Notes: a model not told the origin generated them from the letters alone. Counted from the stretch's first letter, positions 19,299 to 29,287 are shown. The stretch: 64,000 nt of DNA from Promethearchaeota archaeon (GCA_048941015.1 JBHLNZ010000008.1:1-64000); one strand, 5' to 3'. Translations and numbers: made by a program.

Positions 19299-20153
19299 CT
19301 ATTCTGATTTTTGTAAATCTTGAATAATACTTTCCATTCTTTTTTTCACATTACTTCTCAAAAATCTATGGCGATCGGTTGGAATGTAAAATTTATCATC
19401 ATTCAAGATGGTTTGATATAGAATATCAGCCACAAATTTAGGAGTTATTCCATTCTTAATAGATTGACGATAAGCATTAATGAGTGGTTCTAGTTTAGGA
19501 TTAGTTTTTATCGAATTATCCAGTTCTTTAGGTCTATTTCTATCACTGGTACAGAGGTTTGTCTGCACAAAACCAGGGCAAAGAGCAAAAACTTTTATCT
19601 TACTGCCTAAAAAAGCTAATTCATGTTTTAAGGACTCACTTATGGCGATTACAGCAAACTTAGTTATACTATATATGCTTGTTCCAATAGCAGGGGTAAT
19701 TAAACTTGCCATAGAGGCGGTATTAATAATAATGCATTCCGTTCCTTGTCTAATCATAATAGGAAGAAAAACATGAATCCCATTTATTACGCCCCATATA
19801 TTAACATCAAAAATCCATTTCCAGTCATTTAATGAATTTTCCCAGATAGATGTTGACGAATTTCCAGAAAATCCTACTCCAGCATTATTGCATAAGATAT
19901 CTACTTTTCCATAGTTATCGATACACGTTTTAGCTAAAGATCTTACATCATCAATTTTTGCTACATCTGTTAATATTCCTAAAACATTTGGATTAAATTG
20001 TCGAATTCTCTGTTCTGCTTCTAATAAAGCTTTCGATTCTATGTCTGCCAATACTACTTTGATACCCTCTTTTGCGAATTTTTCAGCTATTCCATATCCA
20101 ATTCCACTAGCAGCACCAGTGATAACAGCTACTTTATCTTTAAATTCCTTCAT
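19299..20153 (-). CDS. Short-chain dehydrogenase/reductase
   Basis: ITGAASGIG, NNAG, YSITK. Confidence 0.95.
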   Translation of the reverse strand: MKEFKDKVAVITGAASGIGYGIAEKFAKEGIKVVLADIESKALLEAEQRIRQFNPNVLGILTDVAKIDDVRSLAKTCIDNYGKVDILCNNAGVGFSGNSSTSIWENSLNDWKWIFDVNIWGVINGIHVFLPIMIRQGTECIIINTASMASLITPAIGTSIYSITKFAVIAISESLKHELAFLGSKIKVFALCPGFVQTNLCTSDRNRPKELDNSIKTNPKLEPLINAYRQSIKNGITPKFVADILYQTILNDDKFYIPTDRHRFLRSNVKKRMESIIQDLQKSE

Positions 20154-20316
20154 ATTTTTAATTATGTTATATATATTTATAAAGACTCACACATTTGTCA
20201 ATCCTAATAATTTAAAAACTAAACTGATTAATTATTTGAAAAACTAATAATCATCAATAGGATGTTTTAATGTCAATTCTCTTTTAAATCATAAATAAGC
20301 TTATCACCAACGAAAA

Positions 20317-20829
20317 ATGTATGATGCGATATTTAAGATTGTAATTTTTGGGGATGCTGGTTGTGGTAAAACTGCTTTAACAAAAAGGTTTATTACTGAT
20401 ATGTTTATCCCAGATACCCAAATGACAATTGGAGTTGAATTTGAAATTAAAAGTATGGAGATTGGTGATCAAATGGTCAAACTCCAGATTTGGGATTTTG
20501 GAGGTGAAGAAAGATTCAGGTTTCTCCTTCCTAAATACATTAGAGGCGCCTCTGGGGGTGTGCTGATGTATGATATCACAAACTATAGTTCCCTCTCTCA
20601 TGTTGATGACTGGCTTTCTGTAATAAAAGAAAACCAAGAGGTTTTTCCAATAATATTGGTTGGCGGTAAGGCTGATTTAGAAGAGGATCGCGAAGTTAGT
20701 AAAGAAGAAGGTTTAAAGATTGCTTATTCGAGAGGGATCAATAGCTTTCTTGAATGTTCGAGTAAAACTGGAGAAAATGTTGAAGAAATTTTTATTCTAT
20801 TAACTGAAAATATGTTAAAAAAAATATAA
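20317..20829 (+). CDS. Rab-like small GTPase, close paralog of 3349..3870
   Basis: GDAGCGKT, TIGVEF, WDFGGEERF, GGKAD, ECSSK. Confidence 0.95.
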   Translation: MYDAIFKIVIFGDAGCGKTALTKRFITDMFIPDTQMTIGVEFEIKSMEIGDQMVKLQIWDFGGEERFRFLLPKYIRGASGGVLMYDITNYSSLSHVDDWLSVIKENQEVFPIILVGGKADLEEDREVSKEEGLKIAYSRGINSFLECSSKTGENVEEIFILLTENMLKKI

Positions 20830-20876
20830 AATAGGAAAAAAAAAGAATTTTAAAACTTTAAAATGGTAGATATGAC

Positions 20877-21914
20877 CTATATTTGATATCTTTGGTTAAT
20901 AACGGTTTGAAATTGAATATTTGGTTTTTCTTGGTGTTGATACCCGCCTCTTTTTGAAACCAAATAAAATTGTACCATTGTTTCATCATGAACTAGCGAA
21001 ATTCCTCGCCATTTATTATTATTTGATTTGAATTCTACAACATTTCCGAGACCAATACCTTTTCTTTCTGAGAAATCAAGCTCTAATTTGTTTAAGACTT
21101 TTAGAAATTCATCGTGGTATTCAATATTTTCTCTTTTTACAGATTTCTCCTTGAATCTTAAAGCTTCTATTGAAAATGCTCGAATAATATCTGTACTCAT
21201 AAATTTCCATGCCTCTGAGTTAGCATAGAATTCAATTCCAATGAATTCATTATTAATAAAAACAGCAATTCCACATTGGTTATCAATATTTTTGAAATGT
21301 TTAACTATATCTTCTGTTTGTTTCTCAATATGCTTTGTCATTTCAAGATAACTTTGAGTAGGAGCTATATTTGCAGCATATTTCATTTCAGCTCTGTGAG
21401 ATTGGATTTCATTCCAAACTCCAGCTTGACCTACAGCTGAAATTGCCTCAAAGGCAACGTTTGGATGAAGTCTTGTTGTCGAAGATTTAAAGTTTTTACC
21501 TTTTACGTAGCTCCATCTTGATTGCTCAACGCATTTAGCAGGGATAACATATTTCTGTCCCAAATTTTCAGGGTTAGTCCTTAATATGTTTCCTTTTCCA
21601 CCTGATGGTAATAGGATAGGCTCCCAGATTGTCCTATCTTGCTTTCCACCATGGACTGTCATTCCGAATGGGATTAACAGTTGTTTATCACTTTTATTAA
21701 TAACTTCTAATTGACTAACTGTGTCTGATTCTATTACTTCTATTAAATTTAGTTCTTCAGCTTCTTTTATACTAATAAAATCAATGAATTTATCATCTTG
21801 AACAATAATGGGGATAACTGTCATATTTTTATAAACTTGAGGATTACCCAATTTAAGAAAACCAAATGGAGTTTCAAACATTTGTTTTACAAACTGAATA
21901 TTTTCCCTTTTCAA
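20877..21914 (-). CDS. ARPP-1/DUF6569-like protein
   Basis: Motifs GGKQDR, CVEQSRW, QAGVW and FIGIEFY recalled for this family. Confidence 0.65.
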   Translation of the reverse strand: MKRENIQFVKQMFETPFGFLKLGNPQVYKNMTVIPIIVQDDKFIDFISIKEAEELNLIEVIESDTVSQLEVINKSDKQLLIPFGMTVHGGKQDRTIWEPILLPSGGKGNILRTNPENLGQKYVIPAKCVEQSRWSYVKGKNFKSSTTRLHPNVAFEAISAVGQAGVWNEIQSHRAEMKYAANIAPTQSYLEMTKHIEKQTEDIVKHFKNIDNQCGIAVFINNEFIGIEFYANSEAWKFMSTDIIRAFSIEALRFKEKSVKRENIEYHDEFLKVLNKLELDFSERKGIGLGNVVEFKSNNNKWRGISLVHDETMVQFYLVSKRGGYQHQEKPNIQFQTVINQRYQI

Positions 21915-21916
21915 AC

Positions 21917-22327
21917 TTATTCTTCCTCCTTTTTTTTATTTTTACTTTTTTCTTTTTTACTTTCTTCTTCATAAAGTGGATCTATAAATTGATTTACTAT
22001 ATTTTTTCCATTTTTAGTAAGCTCTATCCCATAAGATACTCTAAATTTGCCGCTTTCACCCTTACCATTGATTCTAACACCTCTTTCAGAAGGCATTTCT
22101 TCCCTTTCTTCAGTATGAGTTTTTATTAATCCTCCTTTCTTCAGGGCTTGTATATGATAATTTATATTTTGCTTTGGTATTTCAAACTTATCGGCAATTT
22201 CTTGAGGTTTTTGGACACTTTGAGAAATTTCTCTCATTATATCTGCTCTTATAGGACTTCGAAATACAAGACCCACTTTATCGAAGATTGGCTTTTTTCT
22301 TTCTATTTTTTCTTCTTTTTTTGCCAT
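21917..22327 (-). CDS. ArsR-like winged-helix transcription regulator
   Basis: RSPIRADIM...EIADKFEIPKQNINYHIQALKKGGLI. Confidence 0.85.
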   Translation of the reverse strand: MAKKEEKIERKKPIFDKVGLVFRSPIRADIMREISQSVQKPQEIADKFEIPKQNINYHIQALKKGGLIKTHTEEREEMPSERGVRINGKGESGKFRVSYGIELTKNGKNIVNQFIDPLYEEESKKEKSKNKKKEEE

Positions 22328-22338
22328 ATTTTTAAAAC

Positions 22339-22566
22339 CTAATTTATATTTAGATTAGAATTTAAATTAAAATCTCCAAATTCCTTAACTTTTTCAAATT
22401 GAGAAATATGATAACCACACATAGGACATTCATTTTTCATTTCTTTAGATTGAATGTCAAACGCTTTAAATGAAAATCCACAAACCGGACAAATTATCAA
22501 AATTGGAGATTCCATTCCCTTCATCTTTTTTTTCATGTTTTTTATTTTTTCTTTCACAATAATCAT
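22339..22566 (-). CDS. Small zinc-ribbon protein
   Basis: CPVCG...CPMCG; tightly linked to the wHTH gene. Confidence 0.75.
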   Translation of the reverse strand: MIIVKEKIKNMKKKMKGMESPILIICPVCGFSFKAFDIQSKEMKNECPMCGYHISQFEKVKEFGDFNLNSNLNIN

Positions 22567-22597
22567 TATTCATTAAAGATAAATTAGTCCAAACTTT

Positions 22598-22625
22598 TTT
22601 TACCGTAAAAGTTTTTACTGTAAAA
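22598..22625. promoter_or_regulatory. Twin palindromic operator TTTTAC-N-GTAAAA (22598-22610 and 22613-22625)
   Basis: Two perfect 13-bp palindromes with 15-bp spacing, lying between a minus-strand TTTAAATA box (~22644-22651) and the operon start at 22566. Confidence 0.7.
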
Positions 22626-22883
22626 AATAAATAGTCAATCTCATATTTAAATGTTTGCATCTTTTTAAATTGAATAAAACGAGTTTTATAGCAAGAGACC
22701 TAAATGAATAATACAAAATAATCTCTAATTGATGACATTGATTTGTCAAAAATTTTAAACATTTTTAACAAAAGTTTTTTTCAAAAATTGTTAAATTAGA
22801 GCGAGATTTCTTGTAATTTAATCAAAAACTAAATTATTTTAATATTTTTAGACAATATGTAAAAAATATAGAGGTGAAAAGTA

Positions 22884-23129
22884 ATGGTATTGTTAAAGAA
22901 ATTAGGAAAAGAGAGTGGAGATATTGCTTTAGCATTTTTGCTAACTTGGTTAAGTCTTGATCTAATCGGGATGATTTTTGGTCATTATTTCCCAGATACT
23001 AGTATTTTTTCTTTCTTTGAAGGTTTGCTATTAGGAGTTACAATGGTATTAGTAATAACAGGTCTATATTATTACGGACGCTCAATAAGAGAATCTCGAA
23101 AATCCTCAAAAGAACAAGATACAAAATAA
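22884..23129 (+). CDS. Small 2-TM membrane protein
   Basis: GAGGTG ribosome-binding site upstream; two hydrophobic helices. Confidence 0.8.
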   Translation: MVLLKKLGKESGDIALAFLLTWLSLDLIGMIFGHYFPDTSIFSFFEGLLLGVTMVLVITGLYYYGRSIRESRKSSKEQDTK

Positions 23130-23203
23130 TTTAATTTAGTAAATTATTTTTTTTCCTCATATAAGATATTAAAATTAAAATAAATAGTATAATGGTGTAG
23201 ATT

Positions 23204-23767
23204 GTGTCAATTCCCTCTGAAGATGTTATAATAAATGCTCTAAATCATGAGATTCGACGAGAAATTTTGAGATTATTAAAAGAAAAGAAGATGAGTTATT
23301 CTAATTTATTAGATCATTTCGCGATATCTACAGGCAAATTAAATTATCATCTAAAACTCCTTTCTGGGTTTGTTGAAAAGGATTCAGAAGGTCTTTATAA
23401 AACAACTAAACTTGGAATTAGACTTATCTCTCTTTTAAAATATTTAAATGAATCCATTACTGATGAGGACAGACCTCTACTTAAAAAAGCGTATGTTTCA
23501 CAAATAGGAACAGATAAATCATTTCTTCGTATTCGATTAGTTGGAGGAATTTATTTTAAAATCACGGCAGTAATTGCTGTTGTTATATTAATTATTGTAA
23601 TGACGATTTATTATGCTATTGAAGGGGTTGATATTTTAAGTTTTTGGCCGTTGTATTTGATGCTTGCCATTTTAGTCCCTGTTGGACTAATATGGGCTCT
23701 TAGACTGTATAAACCTGCTAAACAGTTTGCAGATCGAATTGATAAAATATTAGAAGAATCAGATTAA
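23204..23767 (+). CDS. ArsR-like wHTH protein with two C-terminal TM helices
   Basis: ALNHEIRREIL...STGKLNYHLKLL; two hydrophobic segments near the C-terminus. Confidence 0.85.
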   Translation: MSIPSEDVIINALNHEIRREILRLLKEKKMSYSNLLDHFAISTGKLNYHLKLLSGFVEKDSEGLYKTTKLGIRLISLLKYLNESITDEDRPLLKKAYVSQIGTDKSFLRIRLVGGIYFKITAVIAVVILIIVMTIYYAIEGVDILSFWPLYLMLAILVPVGLIWALRLYKPAKQFADRIDKILEESD

Positions 23768-23809
23768 TTAGGATTTATTTTATTGTATAGAGAGGTCTCT
23801 TAGATCATC

Positions 23810-24787
23810 TTAAAAATCTCGTCCTCTCCAGGTTTCGACCAAATCAAAGGTCATTAATTCTTCTGGATAGGGATTAAAAAAACGTTGTTCCATCAGATAT
23901 TCTTGATTAAATCGTATCACCCATGATTTAATTAATTTATTTATAGAAAATAAAGGGATCCAGCCTGAACGATACTTTTCTAGCTCCTCTAAGAAAAATG
24001 CTTTTTCTTCTGGTTTGAGTTTTTTAGAAAAATAACCTAAAGCGTGCATAAGGACATTAATATTTGCAGTATCTTTTGGAAGTGTACTTAAGATTTCAAA
24101 TAATTTAATTTCATATTTATTAATAATCTCTTTAAAACTTGCTTTTTCTAAGTTTGCTACTATTCTACCCATATCCCTCAAACCAATCTGATTATAAGCC
24201 ATGAATATGAATTTATTTTGGGTATGAAAATTTACTAATTCATGCAATGAATTACTTTTTTTTATTGTATTAAACAAAGCTTTTAAAAATATTTTTGTTA
24301 ACCAATGTTCTCTTATCCTGAAGTTATTTAGTCTCCCTTCAGTTTCAATAGCTAATTCTGGAAGCTTCTGAAGTACTGATAGGCCAAATAGGCCTGGACC
24401 ACGCCCTAGAACAGCTGCTCCTTTTAGCATACTATGATAATATTTGGTTTGGAATAGACCACAGGAAGGTGATTTTGATTTTAAAATAAATCCATCAATT
24501 TCATTAATAGAAGCAAGAAATTTTAAAGTAAATTCAGTCATTTCCTTAGTCAATACTTTTTCAGTGTTACTTTGTATCAACTTTAAATTATCATTTTCTT
24601 TTACAATTCTAACTGGATCTCGAGGAATACCTAATCCAATTTCGAATTCTGGACATATTGGTATGAATTGAACATAAGATTTTAAAATTTTCACAAATGA
24701 GCTTTGAATAATCGCACCATTCCATCGACAAGGATCAAATTCAATGCACTTGCTTACTATTATTCTTGGTTTATTGAAATTCTTCAT
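23810..24787 (-). CDS. DUF523 (TudS-like thiouracil desulfidase) + DUF1722 (YbgA) protein
   Basis: VSKC...CRW, ICPE...GLGIPR, LKSKSPSCG, FH...K, HALGYF, PYPEEL. Confidence 0.88.
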   Translation of the reverse strand: MKNFNKPRIIVSKCIEFDPCRWNGAIIQSSFVKILKSYVQFIPICPEFEIGLGIPRDPVRIVKENDNLKLIQSNTEKVLTKEMTEFTLKFLASINEIDGFILKSKSPSCGLFQTKYYHSMLKGAAVLGRGPGLFGLSVLQKLPELAIETEGRLNNFRIREHWLTKIFLKALFNTIKKSNSLHELVNFHTQNKFIFMAYNQIGLRDMGRIVANLEKASFKEIINKYEIKLFEILSTLPKDTANINVLMHALGYFSKKLKPEEKAFFLEELEKYRSGWIPLFSINKLIKSWVIRFNQEYLMEQRFFNPYPEELMTFDLVETWRGRDF

Positions 24788-24957
24788 CCCTCTACAAATT
24801 TTTCTATTATTTAATGAAAATGATTATTATCAATTAATAATTTTAATTTATAAATCATTTTCTTTTTTAGCTTTAATATAAGCAGGATTAATTTTTAAAG
24901 TTAAGAATATTATTTCGAATTAACAAAAAATTAGACATTTTTAGGGGATTCTTTTAG

Positions 24958-27111
24958 ATGGTTAATAATAATAAGTTATCTAAGCTAAAACCTCATGGTC
25001 GGGTAGATGAAACGGTTATTGATAGGCTTGCTGAAATCTGGCCTGAACCAAGAGAACAGCTGCATTTTGGAGGATGGAAGGCTACTTACCAATTAGTTGA
25101 AAAATTAAAACTAGACAAAGCGAATAGGATTTTAGATATATGTTGTGGAGAAGGAGGGACAGCTTGTTGGCTAGCAAAAAAATATGGAAGAAGAGTCAGT
25201 GGTGTAGATATTTTAAATAATGCGATTGAAGTAGCAAGAAGTAAAGCAAAAAATTTAGGCGTTTCAGATTTAGTTGATTTTGTATGTTCTGATATTTTCG
25301 AATTACCTTATCCAGATTCAACCTTTGATGTAATATATGGTCAAGATCCAGATGGTTTAGCCCATAAGGATAGAAAATTAATATTTAAGGAACTGGAAAG
25401 AGTATTAAAACCTCATGGTAGATTCGCTTTTCAGCTTTGGATACCTTTTCTAAGCGTACCTGATGAAAAAATAAAATACTTTGAGAGTATTACCGCTAAA
25501 GTTGGTTTTCCAGAGATGGGTCGCCTTTCTGTTAATGAATTTGTTGAAGATTTAAAAGAAGCAGGATTTACCAACATAATTATTGAAGATTTAAGTAACC
25601 TATATGAAGAGCATTTGAGAAAAATGGAAGATATATTTAAACAAAAACTTAAATCACCAGACAAATGGCATAATATGCTTTTGAAGTTAATAGATGATGG
25701 TTATAAAATAGGTGTTAGGATTATTGCTAAAGTAAAAAAAGATCTAAAAGATCAAATATATAGAAAAGAATTACCAAAAGCCGAAGATCTTTACTTTTAT
25801 GGAACGGGAATATACAGTCCTGATTATATATTTGATTTCAATACCATTGCTGAAGAAAAAAAATTTAGAAATCTAATTCTTGATTACTTAAATGAAAATT
25901 TTCCAAAATATAATTGGAATATTAAAGGAAAAGGTGTTTTAGCATCTGGAACTGTAGATAATTATTCACCTCCAAAGGTTGGATGTTTTTTAAGTGTAAA
26001 TATCAATCAAGCTCTACTCTCAAAAAAATTTAATATTAGAATTAACGATAAAAAATACCTTGATTGCCACATTGATGATGCTTTTATAGATATATACCAT
26101 TTTAATTGTGCTATTTTGCATTTTATTCTGTATATTCCCAATGAGTCTTGGCAAGATAAAGAAGTTCTCAAAAGAGTGCGTTTTTTTGTCCAAAAACATC
26201 AACACCCCATAGAGGAATTTGGAATCGATATGGAGTCAATTTTTGCTCCTATAATAACTGAATTGAATTCAATATTTACAAAGGTAGTTAAAGAAATAAA
26301 ACCACCTGTCTTAAAAACACCATTCTTGGATTTTACTCAGTTGAGTGAAGAAGTACCAACTAAGCTATTTTGGACACACAGTACTATAGTAGCTGCGATG
26401 CTTGAGGGATTTGATCCAAATACGAATCATTTTCAAGAAATTCTTCTCAATGTTAATCCAAAAGGGATATATAATTACTCTATTTTACCAAATATTTTTG
26501 CATATGTTGAGTCCGGGGATTCACTAATTTGTATACCTAATGTTCCAGATATACGGAATAGATCACCTAAAGTAATAATAAAGGAGGATTGGATATCTTG
26601 GATTGCAATACAGCATTATACATGGAAAACCGTATGGGAGTTAGACAGAGGATTCTATATCCTCTTGAATGTTGTTACTTCTCATTTAAAACATAAACGG
26701 GCCGAACAATATCGTGATGTTTACGCTGTTAATGCATTAATTAATCATATTTATTTAGTTTTAGATACTCATAAACCGAGAAATGTCACTTCTACATATT
26801 ATAGCATGGATTTTATTGAAAAAATAAGAGATGCTTGGAGAACTGATAATATTTTAGAAGCTGCTATTTCAAAAATGGAAACATTAAGAGATTTAATTAG
26901 TCAATTAGATGAAATTGAGAACGCAAGGAGGAGTAAACGTTTAGAATTATTTCTTACTTTACTTGGAGTTTTCACATTAGGTAGCTTGGTACTAGACTTT
27001 CTAGGGGCTATGTCTTTTAGTGATCAAGTACCATATTGGATAAGTTTATTTCTAGGGATATCAATTCCATTTGGATTTTCTTTAATTGCTTACAAGTTGT
27101 TAAAGGATTGA
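24958..27111 (+). CDS. Class I SAM methyltransferase fused to a large domain ending in a coiled coil plus 2 TM (CorA-like layout)
   Basis: HFGG, ILDICCGEG, LPYPDSTFD, RVLKPHG in the first ~260 aa; C-terminal amphipathic stalk and two TM helices. Confidence 0.75.
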   Translation: MVNNNKLSKLKPHGRVDETVIDRLAEIWPEPREQLHFGGWKATYQLVEKLKLDKANRILDICCGEGGTACWLAKKYGRRVSGVDILNNAIEVARSKAKNLGVSDLVDFVCSDIFELPYPDSTFDVIYGQDPDGLAHKDRKLIFKELERVLKPHGRFAFQLWIPFLSVPDEKIKYFESITAKVGFPEMGRLSVNEFVEDLKEAGFTNIIIEDLSNLYEEHLRKMEDIFKQKLKSPDKWHNMLLKLIDDGYKIGVRIIAKVKKDLKDQIYRKELPKAEDLYFYGTGIYSPDYIFDFNTIAEEKKFRNLILDYLNENFPKYNWNIKGKGVLASGTVDNYSPPKVGCFLSVNINQALLSKKFNIRINDKKYLDCHIDDAFIDIYHFNCAILHFILYIPNESWQDKEVLKRVRFFVQKHQHPIEEFGIDMESIFAPIITELNSIFTKVVKEIKPPVLKTPFLDFTQLSEEVPTKLFWTHSTIVAAMLEGFDPNTNHFQEILLNVNPKGIYNYSILPNIFAYVESGDSLICIPNVPDIRNRSPKVIIKEDWISWIAIQHYTWKTVWELDRGFYILLNVVTSHLKHKRAEQYRDVYAVNALINHIYLVLDTHKPRNVTSTYYSMDFIEKIRDAWRTDNILEAAISKMETLRDLISQLDEIENARRSKRLELFLTLLGVFTLGSLVLDFLGAMSFSDQVPYWISLFLGISIPFGFSLIAYKLLKD

Positions 27112-27128
27112 AGATTTTTTAATTCAAG

Positions 27129-27668
27129 TTAAGAATCAAATTTCTTAATCATTTCTTTTGTTAATTCATAGAAAATTTCATCAACTTTTATTGCTTCTTT
27201 TGCACTTGCTTCAAAAAACATGCATGAAGATAAATCTTCTTTAAGTTCAGTAAATTGTTCTTTATTTAGATTATTATCTTTGGGATTTATTAAATCAATT
27301 TTATTTCCAACCAAAACATTGGGTAAAATCCCAGCTTTTGATTCAACTTCATCTTTCCATTTCCTTATACTTTCAAATGTATTATTCCTAGTTAGATCAA
27401 AAACATACACTATTCCCTTCGCACCTTTATAGAAAGCATGCCGTACCCATTGAAAATGGTCCTGCCCTGCTAAATCCCATACTTGTAAAGTAATGATATT
27501 CTTAATTTTAGGAAATTTGAGATATTTAACAAAAAAATTGGATCCAATTGTTCTTTCTGCATCAGAAATAAATCTTCTCAGTAAGTATTGATGAAGTAAA
27601 GTAGTCTTTCCTACTTCAGAATCTCCAACAATACATACTTTATAGAAATATTTTCTTGCAAGAATCAT
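27129..27668 (-). CDS. Rab-like small GTPase with canonical motifs
   Basis: GDSEVGKT, WDLAGQ, NKID, EASAK. Confidence 0.95.
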   Translation of the reverse strand: MILARKYFYKVCIVGDSEVGKTTLLHQYLLRRFISDAERTIGSNFFVKYLKFPKIKNIITLQVWDLAGQDHFQWVRHAFYKGAKGIVYVFDLTRNNTFESIRKWKDEVESKAGILPNVLVGNKIDLINPKDNNLNKEQFTELKEDLSSCMFFEASAKEAIKVDEIFYELTKEMIKKFDS

Positions 27669-27876
27669 TTGGAACTATATCTAAATTAATTTATTAAATA
27701 CATAATAGATAAGAGTAATATAAAATTTCTTTATTGAAATTATAAAAGTTCTTCTCTATAATATTATCTATTTTTTTAGAAAAAATTATAAAGCGCAGAT
27801 CCTGGTAGGGGTACTTTCAATTCTTTATTTGATCCATTTTAAATTCATACATTTGATTCTATGAAGAAGAATATTA

Positions 27877-29067
27877 TTATCTCCATTCTGTACCACATTG
27901 TCCGCATATGTATTTCTTACCATAAATTTTAGGATAAGCTAAGATAATATTATTCTTATCATCCATCTCCCGGATTTGTGATGAATTTTTATTTCCGCAT
28001 CTAGGACAAATCTTTTTGCGTTCAGTGGAATCTACATCATACGTTTCTTCTGCACCGCTATATGAACTTACTTGAGTCTTTTCATCAAATTTTATATTTG
28101 ATTCGATTTGTTCTTCTTTAAGCAAAACAAATTCCTTTGGTTTCGTTCTGGTTTTGGCTTCAAAATTTAATGGAGGAATTGAAGATTTTATTTTCTCAAT
28201 AATTTTATTTTGCTCAATAGGAGATTCTATTTCATAGGTAGGTTCAATTTTAGGTTCTATTTCTTCTTCCATTTCTTTCCCTTTTAATCTCAGATTTTCA
28301 TTTTCTAATTCTTTAATTTTGCTTTTTAAATCTGAAACTGTATTTTCTAATTTTATAACTGTGAATTTCTCTCTTTTTAGTCTTTCAATAGTACTACTTA
28401 ATTCTTCAGTTTGTTGTTCTAGTTGTACATTCTTGTTTTTAAGAGTATCTACTATTTGCTCCAATTCAGATTCCTGAAGAATTTTGCTTTTCAAATTATT
28501 AATATTTTCTAGTAGGTTTGCTCTCTCATTTTCCAAATTTTGAATTTTTAGGTTTAATTTAATGAATTCTGGTTTCGATTGTGAGCTTGAAGCTTGTTGC
28601 GATTTTAATGCATCAATATTATGTGTTAATATTTCTTTCTCAGACTCTAAATTTTTGACCTTATTCTTTAAATCGTCATTAATTTTCTCTAATCTTGAAT
28701 AATCTTCCATTAATTTATTAAGAGCATTCTTAGACTTATCTGAATACTCTAATTTTTCTTTCTGATCGACTAACTTAAGATAAGCTTCTTCTAATCTTTT
28801 TTGTAAATCTTTGATGTCTGATTCTTTATGTTGTAATTCTTGTTTTTGCGAATCAATTAAACTCTTTAAAGTATTGATTTCTTCAGAAAGATTTACATTA
28901 ACTGGAGGAATTTTTAACTCATGTTCAGGTTTCTCTTCTTTTAATTTATTATTCAATCGATTTATTTCAATTTTCAGTTGTTCAATCGTTTTTTCTAGTT
29001 GAGCACGATCTTGATCGTCTTTTTCTGCCTGTTCAATTAGATCTCTTAAATCTGGACTCATTTTCAA
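27877..29067 (-). CDS. Long coiled-coil protein with C-terminal zinc ribbon
   Basis: Heptad-rich for ~265 aa; CPRCG...YPKIYGKKYICGQCG at the end. Confidence 0.85.
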   Translation of the reverse strand: MKMSPDLRDLIEQAEKDDQDRAQLEKTIEQLKIEINRLNNKLKEEKPEHELKIPPVNVNLSEEINTLKSLIDSQKQELQHKESDIKDLQKRLEEAYLKLVDQKEKLEYSDKSKNALNKLMEDYSRLEKINDDLKNKVKNLESEKEILTHNIDALKSQQASSSQSKPEFIKLNLKIQNLENERANLLENINNLKSKILQESELEQIVDTLKNKNVQLEQQTEELSSTIERLKREKFTVIKLENTVSDLKSKIKELENENLRLKGKEMEEEIEPKIEPTYEIESPIEQNKIIEKIKSSIPPLNFEAKTRTKPKEFVLLKEEQIESNIKFDEKTQVSSYSGAEETYDVDSTERKKICPRCGNKNSSQIREMDDKNNIILAYPKIYGKKYICGQCGTEWR

Positions 29068-29287
29068 TTAGATAAAAAATTTAGTTTTTTTCAAAAATGT
29101 TATAAGTTAATAATATAAATCTTAAGATAATTTTAATTAAAAAAACTTACTAATATTATTCTCATTAATTATAAGAGATAGATAAATTAATAACTTTAAA
29201 AGTAAAATAAGACATAATTTAAATTCATTTAAATGAGATTATAAGGTTATCAAACCAAATTGATTATTAGGAATAAAAGGGAGATAA

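Noticed and set aside
27790-27820. Short GC-richer intergenic patch (GCGCAGATCCTGGTAGGGGTAC) as a possible small RNA
   Set aside because: No tRNA cloverleaf, C/D boxes or stable stem recognisable.
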